A stretch of DNA of 64,000 nucleotides, from the NCBI GenBank assembly GCA_020348445.1, contig CP070751.1:4537709-4601708 (forward strand), written 5' to 3'. Positions 40,806-49,223 of this stretch are shown piece by piece. The notes under the pieces were generated by a model, which saw nothing but the letters and a program-made list of their open reading frames with translations, was not told where the DNA came from and made no database searches. The position numbers were made by a program, and so were the translations under genes. The number at the start of each line of letters is the position of its first letter. Positions within the stretch are counted from its first letter, which is position 1. The DNA is from Thermoplasmata archaeon. Its GTDB lineage: Archaea; Thermoplasmatota; Thermoplasmata; GCA-020350865.

Positions 40806-41353
40806 CCCTCTTCCCCTTTTTTCTTGTTCTTTTCCTTTTTCTTCAAAATCCCAGTTTCATCGAGAATCTTTATGGTGGCCAGTGCATTTTCCTCTATTGG
40901 GGGGCAATTCAATTTCTCCCTTTTCTGGTTCTCAAACTCAGACAACTCAACCGTCCTTCCAGTCTTCTTTAGCATTTCGAGCCCGGCCTCATAGGAAGGG
41001 TGCACGTGACCCTCCCTTGATGCAATATTTTGAATAGCGCTCATAACACTGGTGATCTTGACGTTCTGTGGACATCTTACATAGCAGCTATAACATGTGG
41101 AGCAAAGCCATATTGCCTTTGAAGAGAGAACCTCATCCCTGAGTCCAAGTAGTGCCATCCAGATTATCTTTCTTGGATCGTACTCAGGGTTCTTTGCAGC
41201 AACAGGACATACAGCAACACATGTTCCGCACTGAAAACAAGATGTTATGTTCTCTCCGCCAGATTCTTTGGATATCTCAAACTTGAAATTAGGATCCAAT
41301 TCGACGGCTTCAATATGTGCCTTCTTCTCGTCGGTGGTCTGGGAACTCTCCAT
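40802..41353 (-). CDS. hdrC: Heterodisulfide reductase subunit C (first copy in operon)
   Basis: CFQCGTCVAVCP and WLCSTCYSCYVRCPQ. Confidence 0.95.
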   Translation of the reverse strand: MESSQTTDEKKAHIEAVELDPNFKFEISKESGGENITSCFQCGTCVAVCPVAAKNPEYDPRKIIWMALLGLRDEVLSSKAIWLCSTCYSCYVRCPQNVKITSVMSAIQNIASREGHVHPSYEAGLEMLKKTGRTVELSEFENQKREKLNCPPIEENALATIKILDETGILKKKEKNKKKGEEG

Positions 41354-41600
41354 GATAATCCATCCAGAAGCCCCGTTTAGCTACAATATCATCTGTATTT
41401 TATCGAGGCATCGCTCGGAAATGGGATTTTAGCTTTTAAGCATTTCGGCATATATATTGCGATATCGTTTGTTATGTTCACGATTGTAATGTATTGCATA
41501 TATATATTTCGTTGTTACCCCGTGCGGTAAATAAGTCCCATCGGATGCCTAAATTGTCAGAAAAAATTAAATTTTAAAACATACAACCATTGCTGCTGTC

Positions 41601-42242
41601 TTAGGCCGAGGCCGCAAATTCATCCTTTGTATAAGTGGGTTCTTTGAGCTTTTTTGTCTCCATCGTCGATAACAATTCTTTTGTCTTGGTGATCCAAACG
41701 ATATCGGTTTCGTAAACGCCATCCAATATATCGATATGCTCTTGAACACCTTTTTTCGCAGAGGACAAACCATTTGCCAATACTGATGTGACTATATCAC
41801 TTCCATGATCTGAGAATATATAAGCAACGTAATGCACCACAAAGTTATTTGTTGGCTTAATCTTGCATATTGCATCATAAATATCTTTATAGTTTGCTGG
41901 CCTAGCATTAATTGTAACTGTAAATCTCTTTAAATCGAGACACATGCCCTGGGGAACTGGAAAAAATGTGGGTTTCATTAAATTGAATATATGAACGCTG
42001 TTTACACATTCAAGGGGAAAAAGATGCTTTTTTAAAAAAGCAAGGAAGTAATCAGCATCAGTTACATCAGCAATTAGGCTGTTTTCACCTAAAATGAAGC
42101 GCTTTGACAGATACAATAAGGTGATGTTCTTATCGTTCATCCAATCTCTATAATTAGAGCATATATATTGCCAAACTTCGTCATCCTTGGCCTCAACATA
42201 TCCTTGTGTTTTACCACATTTTATTCTCGCGATCAGCAGCAT
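41601..42242 (-). CDS. Hypothetical protein, possibly tandem Lrp/AsnC-C-terminal-like domains without HTH (paralog 2)
   Basis: Aligns by eye over its whole length with the adjacent 42274-42966 protein. Alternating beta/alpha pattern ending GV.ETDIV.I. Start ATG 42242 preferred. Fold call is tentative. Confidence 0.6.
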   Translation of the reverse strand: MLLIARIKCGKTQGYVEAKDDEVWQYICSNYRDWMNDKNITLLYLSKRFILGENSLIADVTDADYFLAFLKKHLFPLECVNSVHIFNLMKPTFFPVPQGMCLDLKRFTVTINARPANYKDIYDAICKIKPTNNFVVHYVAYIFSDHGSDIVTSVLANGLSSAKKGVQEHIDILDGVYETDIVWITKTKELLSTMETKKLKEPTYTKDEFAASA

Positions 42243-42273
42243 TCTATCAATCCCCAACAAACGATCTTTTTAT

Positions 42274-42966
42274 TTATTCGAAGCCCAGATTTGACCAGCT
42301 CTCATAGGTCTCAAGATCCTCAATTTCCCTTCCACCATCTTCAACAAAATATTTCCCAACATGATCCTTCCATATCTTTGGAGTAGCAAGATTTTTCGAT
42401 TTGATTATGGGTACTATCTCCGTTTTAATCACACCTTTTTTTCTATCGAGGTATTTACTTGTGAACTCCTCAACATATGCCCGGTCCCCTGATAGTAATG
42501 ATAAAAGTATGCTGCCGCCTTGATGGTATGTATATGCAATGTACGTTACCACAATATTAGATTGTGTTTTGATATTTGTGATATAATCAAAAATAAAAGA
42601 TGACTCTTTAGGTGCTACATCCAGACTAATGGTAAAGCGTTTTATATTTTGAGAGAGGTTTTTTGGAATCGAAAAGAACCTAGGCTCCATTAGATTGACC
42701 ATCGAAATATCATTGATAGATTCATTACTAGTGATATTGTTTATTATAAATTCTGTAAAATCATCTGCTGATTTTGACCAAACCACCAGGCTTATTTCTC
42801 TATAAATTCCCCTTTTTGTCAAATATAATGGGACTACATAGTCACTTTCCCAGTTCTGATAATTTACCGATATAAAATCCCATATCTGATCCGCAGGTTT
42901 AGAGACTTCATTAGCTTCTTTACCAAAACTTTCATATTCACCTCGAAACCTCGCTATCTGCATCAT
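42274..42966 (-). CDS. Hypothetical protein, possibly tandem Lrp/AsnC-C-terminal-like domains without HTH (paralog 1)
   Basis: Shared motifs with its neighbour: W..I..NY..W, LYL.KR, NLM.P.FF..P, KRFT, YIAY/YVAY, GV..TEIV/TDIV. SD GAGGTGA. Confidence 0.6.
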   Translation of the reverse strand: MMQIARFRGEYESFGKEANEVSKPADQIWDFISVNYQNWESDYVVPLYLTKRGIYREISLVVWSKSADDFTEFIINNITSNESINDISMVNLMEPRFFSIPKNLSQNIKRFTISLDVAPKESSFIFDYITNIKTQSNIVVTYIAYTYHQGGSILLSLLSGDRAYVEEFTSKYLDRKKGVIKTEIVPIIKSKNLATPKIWKDHVGKYFVEDGGREIEDLETYESWSNLGFE

Positions 42967-42980
42967 AATATCACCTCTTT

Positions 42981-43007
42981 ATGATATTTTCGCAGCCGCA
43001 ATATCAT
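42981..43007. promoter_or_regulatory. Perfect 8-bp inverted repeat ATGATATT-N11-AATATCAT, candidate operator or 5' hairpin
   Basis: Directly upstream of the SD of the 42966 gene and about 25 nt downstream of a minus-strand TTATATA (43034-43028). Confidence 0.5.
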
Positions 43008-43041
43008 GTTAATAATGGTTTTGTCGGTATATAAGTGTATC

Positions 43042-43075
43042 TTTTTCGTCATAATTATTGATGTTTTTCGTCATA
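43042..43075. repeat. Exact 12-bp direct repeat TTTTTCGTCATA, 22-bp period
   Basis: Copies at 43042-43053 and 43064-43075, immediately upstream (minus-strand sense) of the candidate TATA box. Confidence 0.6.
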
Positions 43076-43150
43076 TCGTTGAAAATATGGCGGTTTAAGA
43101 GATATATAATGACAAAGGCCATTATTTCAAAACATTGAAAATGATGGAGA

Positions 43151-44707
43151 TTACTGGCAGACTTTTTTTAGGACCCTCTCTATCAAATCTGTTCGAAGCT
43201 CTGTTTTACTATCAAACTCCCCCACCAATGCCTCATTCTCCTTTCCCAGTTCGTAGCAGGTCTGATTGTCCACATCCACGAGAACACCGGGAAGACCTAT
43301 CCTCTCAAAATCCTCCAGGTGTTTCACATAAAAAGCCTCGCAGCAACTTCCCACAAATGCCTTTACCCCGTCATCTTTTGACCGCTTAAGGGTGGAAAGG
43401 AGGTCCTCAAAATCAAGTATCGTGACAACATCGATCCCATTTTCCTCGGCAAACTCGTAACACTCACCAACATTACAGTCTCCGCATTTTATGCAATCCT
43501 TTTTCTGCCTGTATTCACATTCTGGGAGCTTTGAGCAGTAAGGAAGTAAGAGAATGGAACATTTGGGTATGTCCGAAAAGGAGCTGTTCACAGTGAATAT
43601 GCGGTTTACATCCTTAAAATCGATTCCTAATTCAGAATACTTCATCTTCTCCAAGGCTGATTCTATCACGCTCACAAAATCATCGGGTTCAACTCCAGGA
43701 ATTTGAGATTCTTTCTCAGAAAAGAAGTCATGTATTTGTTTTTGTAGTTCATCATGTGCGGCAGAAGTATCCTTGAGCCTGGCCTCCAGGTCCATAATCA
43801 TCCTCTTTGGATAGGCAAAGAAATCCCCAGTGAGCAATATGTAGTGTATTCGATTCGATTTTGCATCTGCCACCAGTGAAGCCCTTATCAGTCCCCCTGG
43901 AGTTTTGTGCACAGCACGTAATTCATGTCTGTGTTTCAAGGGCCTTCTTAATCCATATATCCATTCCATTGAATTGAAGTAAGGTAATCTCTCTTTGAAT
44001 ATATCTTGTTCCTTTTTTGTGAGCTCACCTCTTTCAAATTCAACAGAGAAAACCTCTTCAAAACCTTTTATGATAGCATCCTTGATTAGGTCTAGTTTTG
44101 GAACCTCCCCCAGTTCCCAAGCAAGGCATGTCACCCTTTCTTTTACTGACTCGATTTCCTTGTCTTTTAACTTCTCAATGGGTATGCGAAGTGCCCTAAG
44201 CATGGTGTCAACATCAAAATCGGTAAGCAATGTACCCTGGAAAAGGAAGGCATTCCCCTCCAGTGCACCCCCTGTTCCCGATATCTTTCTTCCCGCTACC
44301 TCTATATCATTTTTAGGTCTAAATGCGGCATTTACTCCAAGATTTTTCAAACCAAGTATGGCTCCTTTGCAGAGAGTTTCATAGAGGTCCTCCACCCGAC
44401 CTGGAATCTTTGGGTGATTCTTGGAGGCAATTATCTCCCAGCCCAATTGAGGTTCATCAAAATATAGGGCTCCCCCTCCTGTGATGCGCCTTTGGATATC
44501 GATTCCATTTCTTTTGCAAAAGTCCTCCCTTATCTCCTGCTCTACACTCTGATGATATCCCACCAATACTGCATTGGGAGAAAATTGAAGTAATCTGAGT
44601 GTGTTTGGGATGTCGTCTTTGCTTTTAACAGCCAATAATGATTGATCTAATGCCATGTTCTCGGCTGCATTGCGAATTCCAGAATCTACCAATCTCCATT
44701 TTTCTAT
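43151..44707 (-). CDS. lplA: Lipoate-protein ligase (LplA catalytic + LplB-like domain) fused to a DUF116-like Cys-rich domain
   Basis: RRITGGGALYFD, KNDIEVAGRKISGTGG, QGTLL. C-terminal LLLPYCSKLPEC..CIKCGDC..GEC..GSCCEAF. Start probably ATA 44707 (I-EKWRLVDSG) after GGTGAT; alternative TTG 44692. Confidence 0.88.
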   Translation of the reverse strand: MEKWRLVDSGIRNAAENMALDQSLLAVKSKDDIPNTLRLLQFSPNAVLVGYHQSVEQEIREDFCKRNGIDIQRRITGGGALYFDEPQLGWEIIASKNHPKIPGRVEDLYETLCKGAILGLKNLGVNAAFRPKNDIEVAGRKISGTGGALEGNAFLFQGTLLTDFDVDTMLRALRIPIEKLKDKEIESVKERVTCLAWELGEVPKLDLIKDAIIKGFEEVFSVEFERGELTKKEQDIFKERLPYFNSMEWIYGLRRPLKHRHELRAVHKTPGGLIRASLVADAKSNRIHYILLTGDFFAYPKRMIMDLEARLKDTSAAHDELQKQIHDFFSEKESQIPGVEPDDFVSVIESALEKMKYSELGIDFKDVNRIFTVNSSFSDIPKCSILLLPYCSKLPECEYRQKKDCIKCGDCNVGECYEFAEENGIDVVTILDFEDLLSTLKRSKDDGVKAFVGSCCEAFYVKHLEDFERIGLPGVLVDVDNQTCYELGKENEALVGEFDSKTELRTDLIERVLKKVCQ

Positions 44708-44781
44708 GTAATCACCAGCTATTTATTTTGTAGGTAAGAAATTAAGGCATCATAAGAAATATTGGAATTGTATCCTCCCAC

Positions 44782-45813
44782 TCATAGAGAATAGTCTGCA
44801 AGCTGCTCTTTAATCAGCTTGATGTCTTGTTCATCTGGAAGGAAGGGAAAGTTCCTTATGGGGCGTGAAGGTCTTTCATTGCCAAATGGGCGGTTGCATG
44901 CTACTTTACCATTCTTTCCTGCGCAGCCAGAGGTCATGAACGCCTCACCGTCTTGGATTATTTTATTTAAGTCCACACCAAATTCTATTACCTGGCCCTT
45001 CTCATTGAATTTCATATTATTTAAAGAACCCAGGCCCCCATTGATTATGTACCTGGCCAATTGTACTCGCCTGTACCTTCCATATGATGGCTGTACATGT
45101 TTCTCCAATTTGCTTCCTCCTTCTGGAAAGAATGAGAACAAATGGGTTTTTGCTCCTAGATCCTCGGCCCTTTGGATGCTTTCGATCATCTCCCTTTCCG
45201 TCTCTCCCAAGCCCACGATAAGATGGACTCCCACATTACCTCTTCCAAATACCTCCACACACCATTTTACAACTTCCCAATAATGATCCCATTTATGAGG
45301 GCCTTTGACACCTTTGCCCCTATGTTCTTCAAATAACTCAGGGGTGACAGTATCTATTGCAATACCAACCATATCCGCACCTGAAATTCTGATTCTCTCT
45401 ATTGATTTCTTATCCTTTATCATGGTGGGAGAAATAAGGCCGCTTATGAGGAGGTCTGTTTCATCCTTGAACTTTTTCATGACCCAACACATGTCCTCAA
45501 AGGCCCTAGGATGCGTGATCATGGACACACATAACCTCTGTAAATGTTTTCCGTGCTCATTTGTTCGTTTTATAATTTCATCTATCTGATATGAAGGCCA
45601 GTCTACCCTGATGAATGTTCTGTCTTCTTCATCCACATCTCTTGCTTTTGATAAACCACAATAGCTACAGTTCGCCTTACAGCCGTCTTCATATGTTAAT
45701 AGTAGATTTAACGCATTGAGTCTTGCTCCTCTGAAGAATCTTCCTGGCAAGAGTTTCATTGTCATTGCAGCAGCTGTGCTTGTTTGCAGATATTCAGGAC
45801 TGTTTTGGGGCAT
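44782..45813 (-). CDS. lipS2: Radical SAM lipoate synthase component, LipS2-type
   Basis: CKANCSYC radical SAM motif plus C-terminal TSGC-x8-CNRP, resembling the LipS2 TxGCPxC(N/D)RP signature. Sits between lipoyl-carrier and ligase genes. Confidence 0.8.
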   Translation of the reverse strand: MPQNSPEYLQTSTAAAMTMKLLPGRFFRGARLNALNLLLTYEDGCKANCSYCGLSKARDVDEEDRTFIRVDWPSYQIDEIIKRTNEHGKHLQRLCVSMITHPRAFEDMCWVMKKFKDETDLLISGLISPTMIKDKKSIERIRISGADMVGIAIDTVTPELFEEHRGKGVKGPHKWDHYWEVVKWCVEVFGRGNVGVHLIVGLGETEREMIESIQRAEDLGAKTHLFSFFPEGGSKLEKHVQPSYGRYRRVQLARYIINGGLGSLNNMKFNEKGQVIEFGVDLNKIIQDGEAFMTSGCAGKNGKVACNRPFGNERPSRPIRNFPFLPDEQDIKLIKEQLADYSL

Positions 45814-46297
45814 CGCAATCCAACCTTATAATTTCGCTTTCGATCCATATTTTAATGCCTTCCTCCCCTTCAACTATATCGTCTGATTGAAGATCTTTAT
45901 CCAGGTTTTCAGGCTCAATTTCCACTATCCAGGCATTGTAAGGATCCTTGTTCACTTTGATGGGATCATTTAACACATCCTCGTTTACTGAAACGACTTT
46001 TCCACTTATGGGAGAGTAAAATTTGGATACGAACTTCGCTGACTCGAAACTGCCTATTGCTTCGCCCTGAGACAGCTTCCGATTGTCTATGGTGATATAA
46101 CTCAAATATCCTGCATTCTCAGTTAGAAATGAGTCCATCCCAATCCTCAGGATGCCTCCTTCTTCCTTTAGCCATATATGATTCCCATGTTTTTTGTAGT
46201 ACTTTCTATCCAAGGGAAATTTCATGTTATTTATCTCGATCAAGGTTCTCCCTCCAATCCGACGAAAAACATTCTTAGGATTTAGGTTTTTCGTCAT
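45794..46297 (-). CDS. Lipoyl carrier protein, GcvH fold, divergent type (copy 3)
   Basis: HIWL, IGMDSF, lipoyl-Lys motif FESAKF, SPISGKVVSVN, VNKDPYNAW. N-terminal extension of about 25 aa. Confidence 0.88.
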   Translation of the reverse strand: MTKNLNPKNVFRRIGGRTLIEINNMKFPLDRKYYKKHGNHIWLKEEGGILRIGMDSFLTENAGYLSYITIDNRKLSQGEAIGSFESAKFVSKFYSPISGKVVSVNEDVLNDPIKVNKDPYNAWIVEIEPENLDKDLQSDDIVEGEEGIKIWIESEIIRLDCDAPKQS

Positions 46298-46305
46298 AGG
46301 TCATT

Positions 46306-47295
46306 TTATTTATCCTGTTTTCTGTGCAACTCGTTAATAATATTTAAAACTTCTTTTTCCTCGAAAACAATGCCTATTAAAGAGTTCATTAGGGCTTTGT
46401 TTGGTAAAGTAGTTCCAGATGTACTAACCACATCAATATCCCTTATCTTTTCATCCTCAAGTTCGAAGATAATGTCATACCTTCTGTTATGAGATTCGAA
46501 GCTACGATATATTATCATGATGCCTTCCCTGATCTTTATGTCTCTTCCACTTCTTTTCGGAACCTTTTGAAAAAGCCACTTTTTGGTAGAGAATTTTCTG
46601 TCAAGTTCATCCATAGCAGACCAAATGTCGTCCGTAATTTTTGCTGGAGTCAAAGGACCCAGTGATTTCTCATATTCGGAAATCAGCGCATCCTTAATCT
46701 CTCTTTGGGAAGGAATGAGTCCCAGTTCATTCTTTATTGTCGTCATATTTTTCCGCATGCTTTCAAGAACCCTATTTCTGAACTCTTTGTTTGGAACATT
46801 CAATATGTTTGCTATTTTTGTAAAATTAAAATCCAAAAGGAGATTTCCAACCAGAACCTTGCAGTCACCGATTTCCCCGCCTCCATTTCCCGATATCTTC
46901 TTTTGTCCCACAATTATATCATTTATTGGAACGAAATTGCCCTGCAATCCAAATCCACTTAGAACTCTAACAACAGGCTTCAAAAATTTTTCGAAAAATG
47001 CCTGATTATTTCGTGGTGTAAGTGGATTGTCCCTTCGGATGATCACCTGATAAAAAATCTGATATTTATCAAGGAAAACTGTACCTCCCCCTGTTTCCCT
47101 CCGAAAATATCCGATTTTATGTTTTTTGCAGTAATCTAAATCTAGCTCTTGTTCCAAATCCTGGGCAAAACCAATGCAAGCGTACGGTTCCTTTGTTCCT
47201 GTAAGAATAAGACATTCCTCATTTCTACGGGCAAGAACATGATAGATCAGTTGGGAATCGCTCCATTTTAAATGAGGGAGATTGTATAATCTTAT
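46306..47295 (-). CDS. Second lipoate-protein ligase/octanoyltransferase (BPL/LplA/LipB family)
   Basis: RRETGGGTVFLD, NDIIVGQKKISGNGGG, VGNLLLDF. The frame stays open 46 codons upstream of the ORF-track TTG (IRLYNLPHLKWSDSQLIYHVLA...PYACIGFAQD); the best start is ATA 47295, 7 nt after AGGAGG. Confidence 0.85.
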   Translation of the reverse strand: MRLYNLPHLKWSDSQLIYHVLARRNEECLILTGTKEPYACIGFAQDLEQELDLDYCKKHKIGYFRRETGGGTVFLDKYQIFYQVIIRRDNPLTPRNNQAFFEKFLKPVVRVLSGFGLQGNFVPINDIIVGQKKISGNGGGEIGDCKVLVGNLLLDFNFTKIANILNVPNKEFRNRVLESMRKNMTTIKNELGLIPSQREIKDALISEYEKSLGPLTPAKITDDIWSAMDELDRKFSTKKWLFQKVPKRSGRDIKIREGIMIIYRSFESHNRRYDIIFELEDEKIRDIDVVSTSGTTLPNKALMNSLIGIVFEEKEVLNIINELHRKQDK

Positions 47296-47417
47296 ATTAT
47301 TGCCTCCTTTTATTAATAATATATTTCTGTCATGGATATTACAATATGTTCATTTTCTTTCAACCTGAAAACGGTTTTTAGCAACTTGTCCAATTCACTT
47401 TGCCAATTAAAGCTTCG

Positions 47418-49118
47418 TCATAACCTTCTATATATTATGATTACAGCAATCAACCAAATAATCACAATCGAGAGTACTGAAAGTGTAATTGGAAGAAATT
47501 CAATGTTTATGACCTGTCCAGTCCAAGCGATATAGATCACAAGTGCTGCAGCCATGATGCTGATGGAAACTATAACTCCGATTTTTCTAATGTAGGATTT
47601 AAGATCATCAAATATGGCATGATCGACTTTAATCATCAGCTGATCACTTTCCAGTTTTCGAAGGATTTTATCTGCCCGCTTGGGAAGTGAATGTGCAAAT
47701 TTCCTGTATTCTCTTGCTGTTTCCAGGGCCTGGATTGGATCGGGTCTCAATTTATATCTATCCTGTAAAAGAGGTATTATGTTGGCCTGGGCAACTTCGA
47801 CTATATCGAATTTTGGATTAAGATCCCTGCAGACGCCCTCTACCTGCATAAGCGCCCTCTCAAAGAGGAAGAATGACGAAGGGAGCATTAACTTGTGCCT
47901 GATTGCGATATCAGCCATTCTCTGGTTCATTCCCTCAGCAATTGGAACATCCTCCTTTTTTAGGAGGCTGAAATCAATGAAATCCCGAAGGTCCCACTCC
48001 AATCTTTGGAAATTAATTTCACTTTCACGACCTTGGCTCATCTCTACAAAAGTGGAAGCAGCCTTGCTAACATTTTTCTGAATAAGGGAAATATAAAACG
48101 TCCCCACCTGCTCCCTTGTTTCATCATTCATGTACCCTATGGCCCCAAAGTCCAAAAAGCACACCCTGTTTCCCTTCATTACAAATATATTATCTTGATG
48201 AGGATCTGCATGGAAAAAACCGTCGATAAATATCTGTTTAATATAGGCTCTTCCCAGAGTGTCGGTGATGGCCTTAAAATCAGTGTTCATTTCTCTGAGT
48301 TTATTTTGAGAATCTAAAGAAGCTCCTTCTATGAATTCCATGCAAAGAACCTTTTTGGTGGAGAATTTCCAGTACACCTTGGGGATGACCACACTCTCCA
48401 GGGAGCTCATGTTATCCTTGAACCTCTCTATGTTCCTGGCCTCCAATGTGTAATCTATCTCCCTTAATATCATGTGCCCGAACTCATCTATTATTCCCTG
48501 AGGGTCGAAGTTCTCAATATTTTTAAAAGCCCTTTTTAGGAGTTCGGAGATGTTATTCAATATCTCGATATCAGCCTTTATGATCTCCTTGATATCGGGT
48601 CTTTGAACCTTTACCGCAACCTTCTCTTTTGTTCCTTTCAGTATACCGACATGAACCTGGCCAATGGAAGCTGCGGCTATGGGTGATTTATCAAAGAATT
48701 CGAAAACCGCATTAATTTTCTTTCCCAACTCTTCTTCCACAATCTCCTTCACCTTCTCAATCGGGATTGGTGGAACATCATCTCTTAGGCTTCCCAACTC
48801 CTCTGCATAATCTTTTGGAATAAGATCGGACCTTGTACTCAACATCTGACCCAGTTTGATAAACGTTGGACCAAGGCTTTCTAAAAGAAGCCGGAACCTA
48901 ACAGAACTTCTTTGGCTTGCGATATCTTTTTTTTCCTCGCTATCCAGCTTGGTATCTTTCAAGAGACTTGTTGCGTCCCATAGCCTGCCAAATCCATATC
49001 TCGATAGAGCAGACAGAATCTCACCCACACGTTTATAATGGACATACTTCTGGCTCAAAAGGCGTCTTACGGGCTCTCTTGGACCCTCCGAATCATCAAG
49101 AACATCCCTGTTAAGCAT
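47418..49118 (-). CDS. UbiB/AarF/ABC1-family atypical kinase
   Basis: LGPTFIKLGQMLSTR.DL, IAAASIGQVH, VAVKVQRP, EIDYTLEA, FFHADPH..NI, LDFG, C-terminal TMs. Confidence 0.93.
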   Translation of the reverse strand: MLNRDVLDDSEGPREPVRRLLSQKYVHYKRVGEILSALSRYGFGRLWDATSLLKDTKLDSEEKKDIASQRSSVRFRLLLESLGPTFIKLGQMLSTRSDLIPKDYAEELGSLRDDVPPIPIEKVKEIVEEELGKKINAVFEFFDKSPIAAASIGQVHVGILKGTKEKVAVKVQRPDIKEIIKADIEILNNISELLKRAFKNIENFDPQGIIDEFGHMILREIDYTLEARNIERFKDNMSSLESVVIPKVYWKFSTKKVLCMEFIEGASLDSQNKLREMNTDFKAITDTLGRAYIKQIFIDGFFHADPHQDNIFVMKGNRVCFLDFGAIGYMNDETREQVGTFYISLIQKNVSKAASTFVEMSQGRESEINFQRLEWDLRDFIDFSLLKKEDVPIAEGMNQRMADIAIRHKLMLPSSFFLFERALMQVEGVCRDLNPKFDIVEVAQANIIPLLQDRYKLRPDPIQALETAREYRKFAHSLPKRADKILRKLESDQLMIKVDHAIFDDLKSYIRKIGVIVSISIMAAALVIYIAWTGQVINIEFLPITLSVLSIVIIWLIAVIIIYRRL

Positions 49119-49223
49119 GGTGTACTTCCTCTTACGCCCAGTTCTTTTGACACACTACTATAATGTGTTATTATTTATAACTTCCTGAGATCTGAAATAG
49201 TTAGTTGACTTTGTTACTGATGT

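Noticed and set aside
25553-41353. Selenocysteine recoding within Hdr/Mvh/Fdh-like subunits
   Set aside because: All expected Cys positions are Cys codons in uninterrupted ORFs, with no internal TGA at a catalytic position and no SECIS-like element recognised.
25553-41353. Reading the hdr operon as evidence of methanogenesis or of a canonical sHdr sulfur-oxidation locus
   Set aside because: No mcr/mtr genes are in the window. Gene order and content (HdrL, MvhD, FdhB-like; no sHdrH, TusA or DsrE) differ from shdrC1B1AHC2B2. The rest of the genome cannot be assessed.
46287-46298. Third copy of TTTTTCGTCATA matching the 43042/43064 repeat
   Set aside because: It is the first codons (ATG ACG AAA AA) of the lipoyl carrier gene, so probably coincidental.
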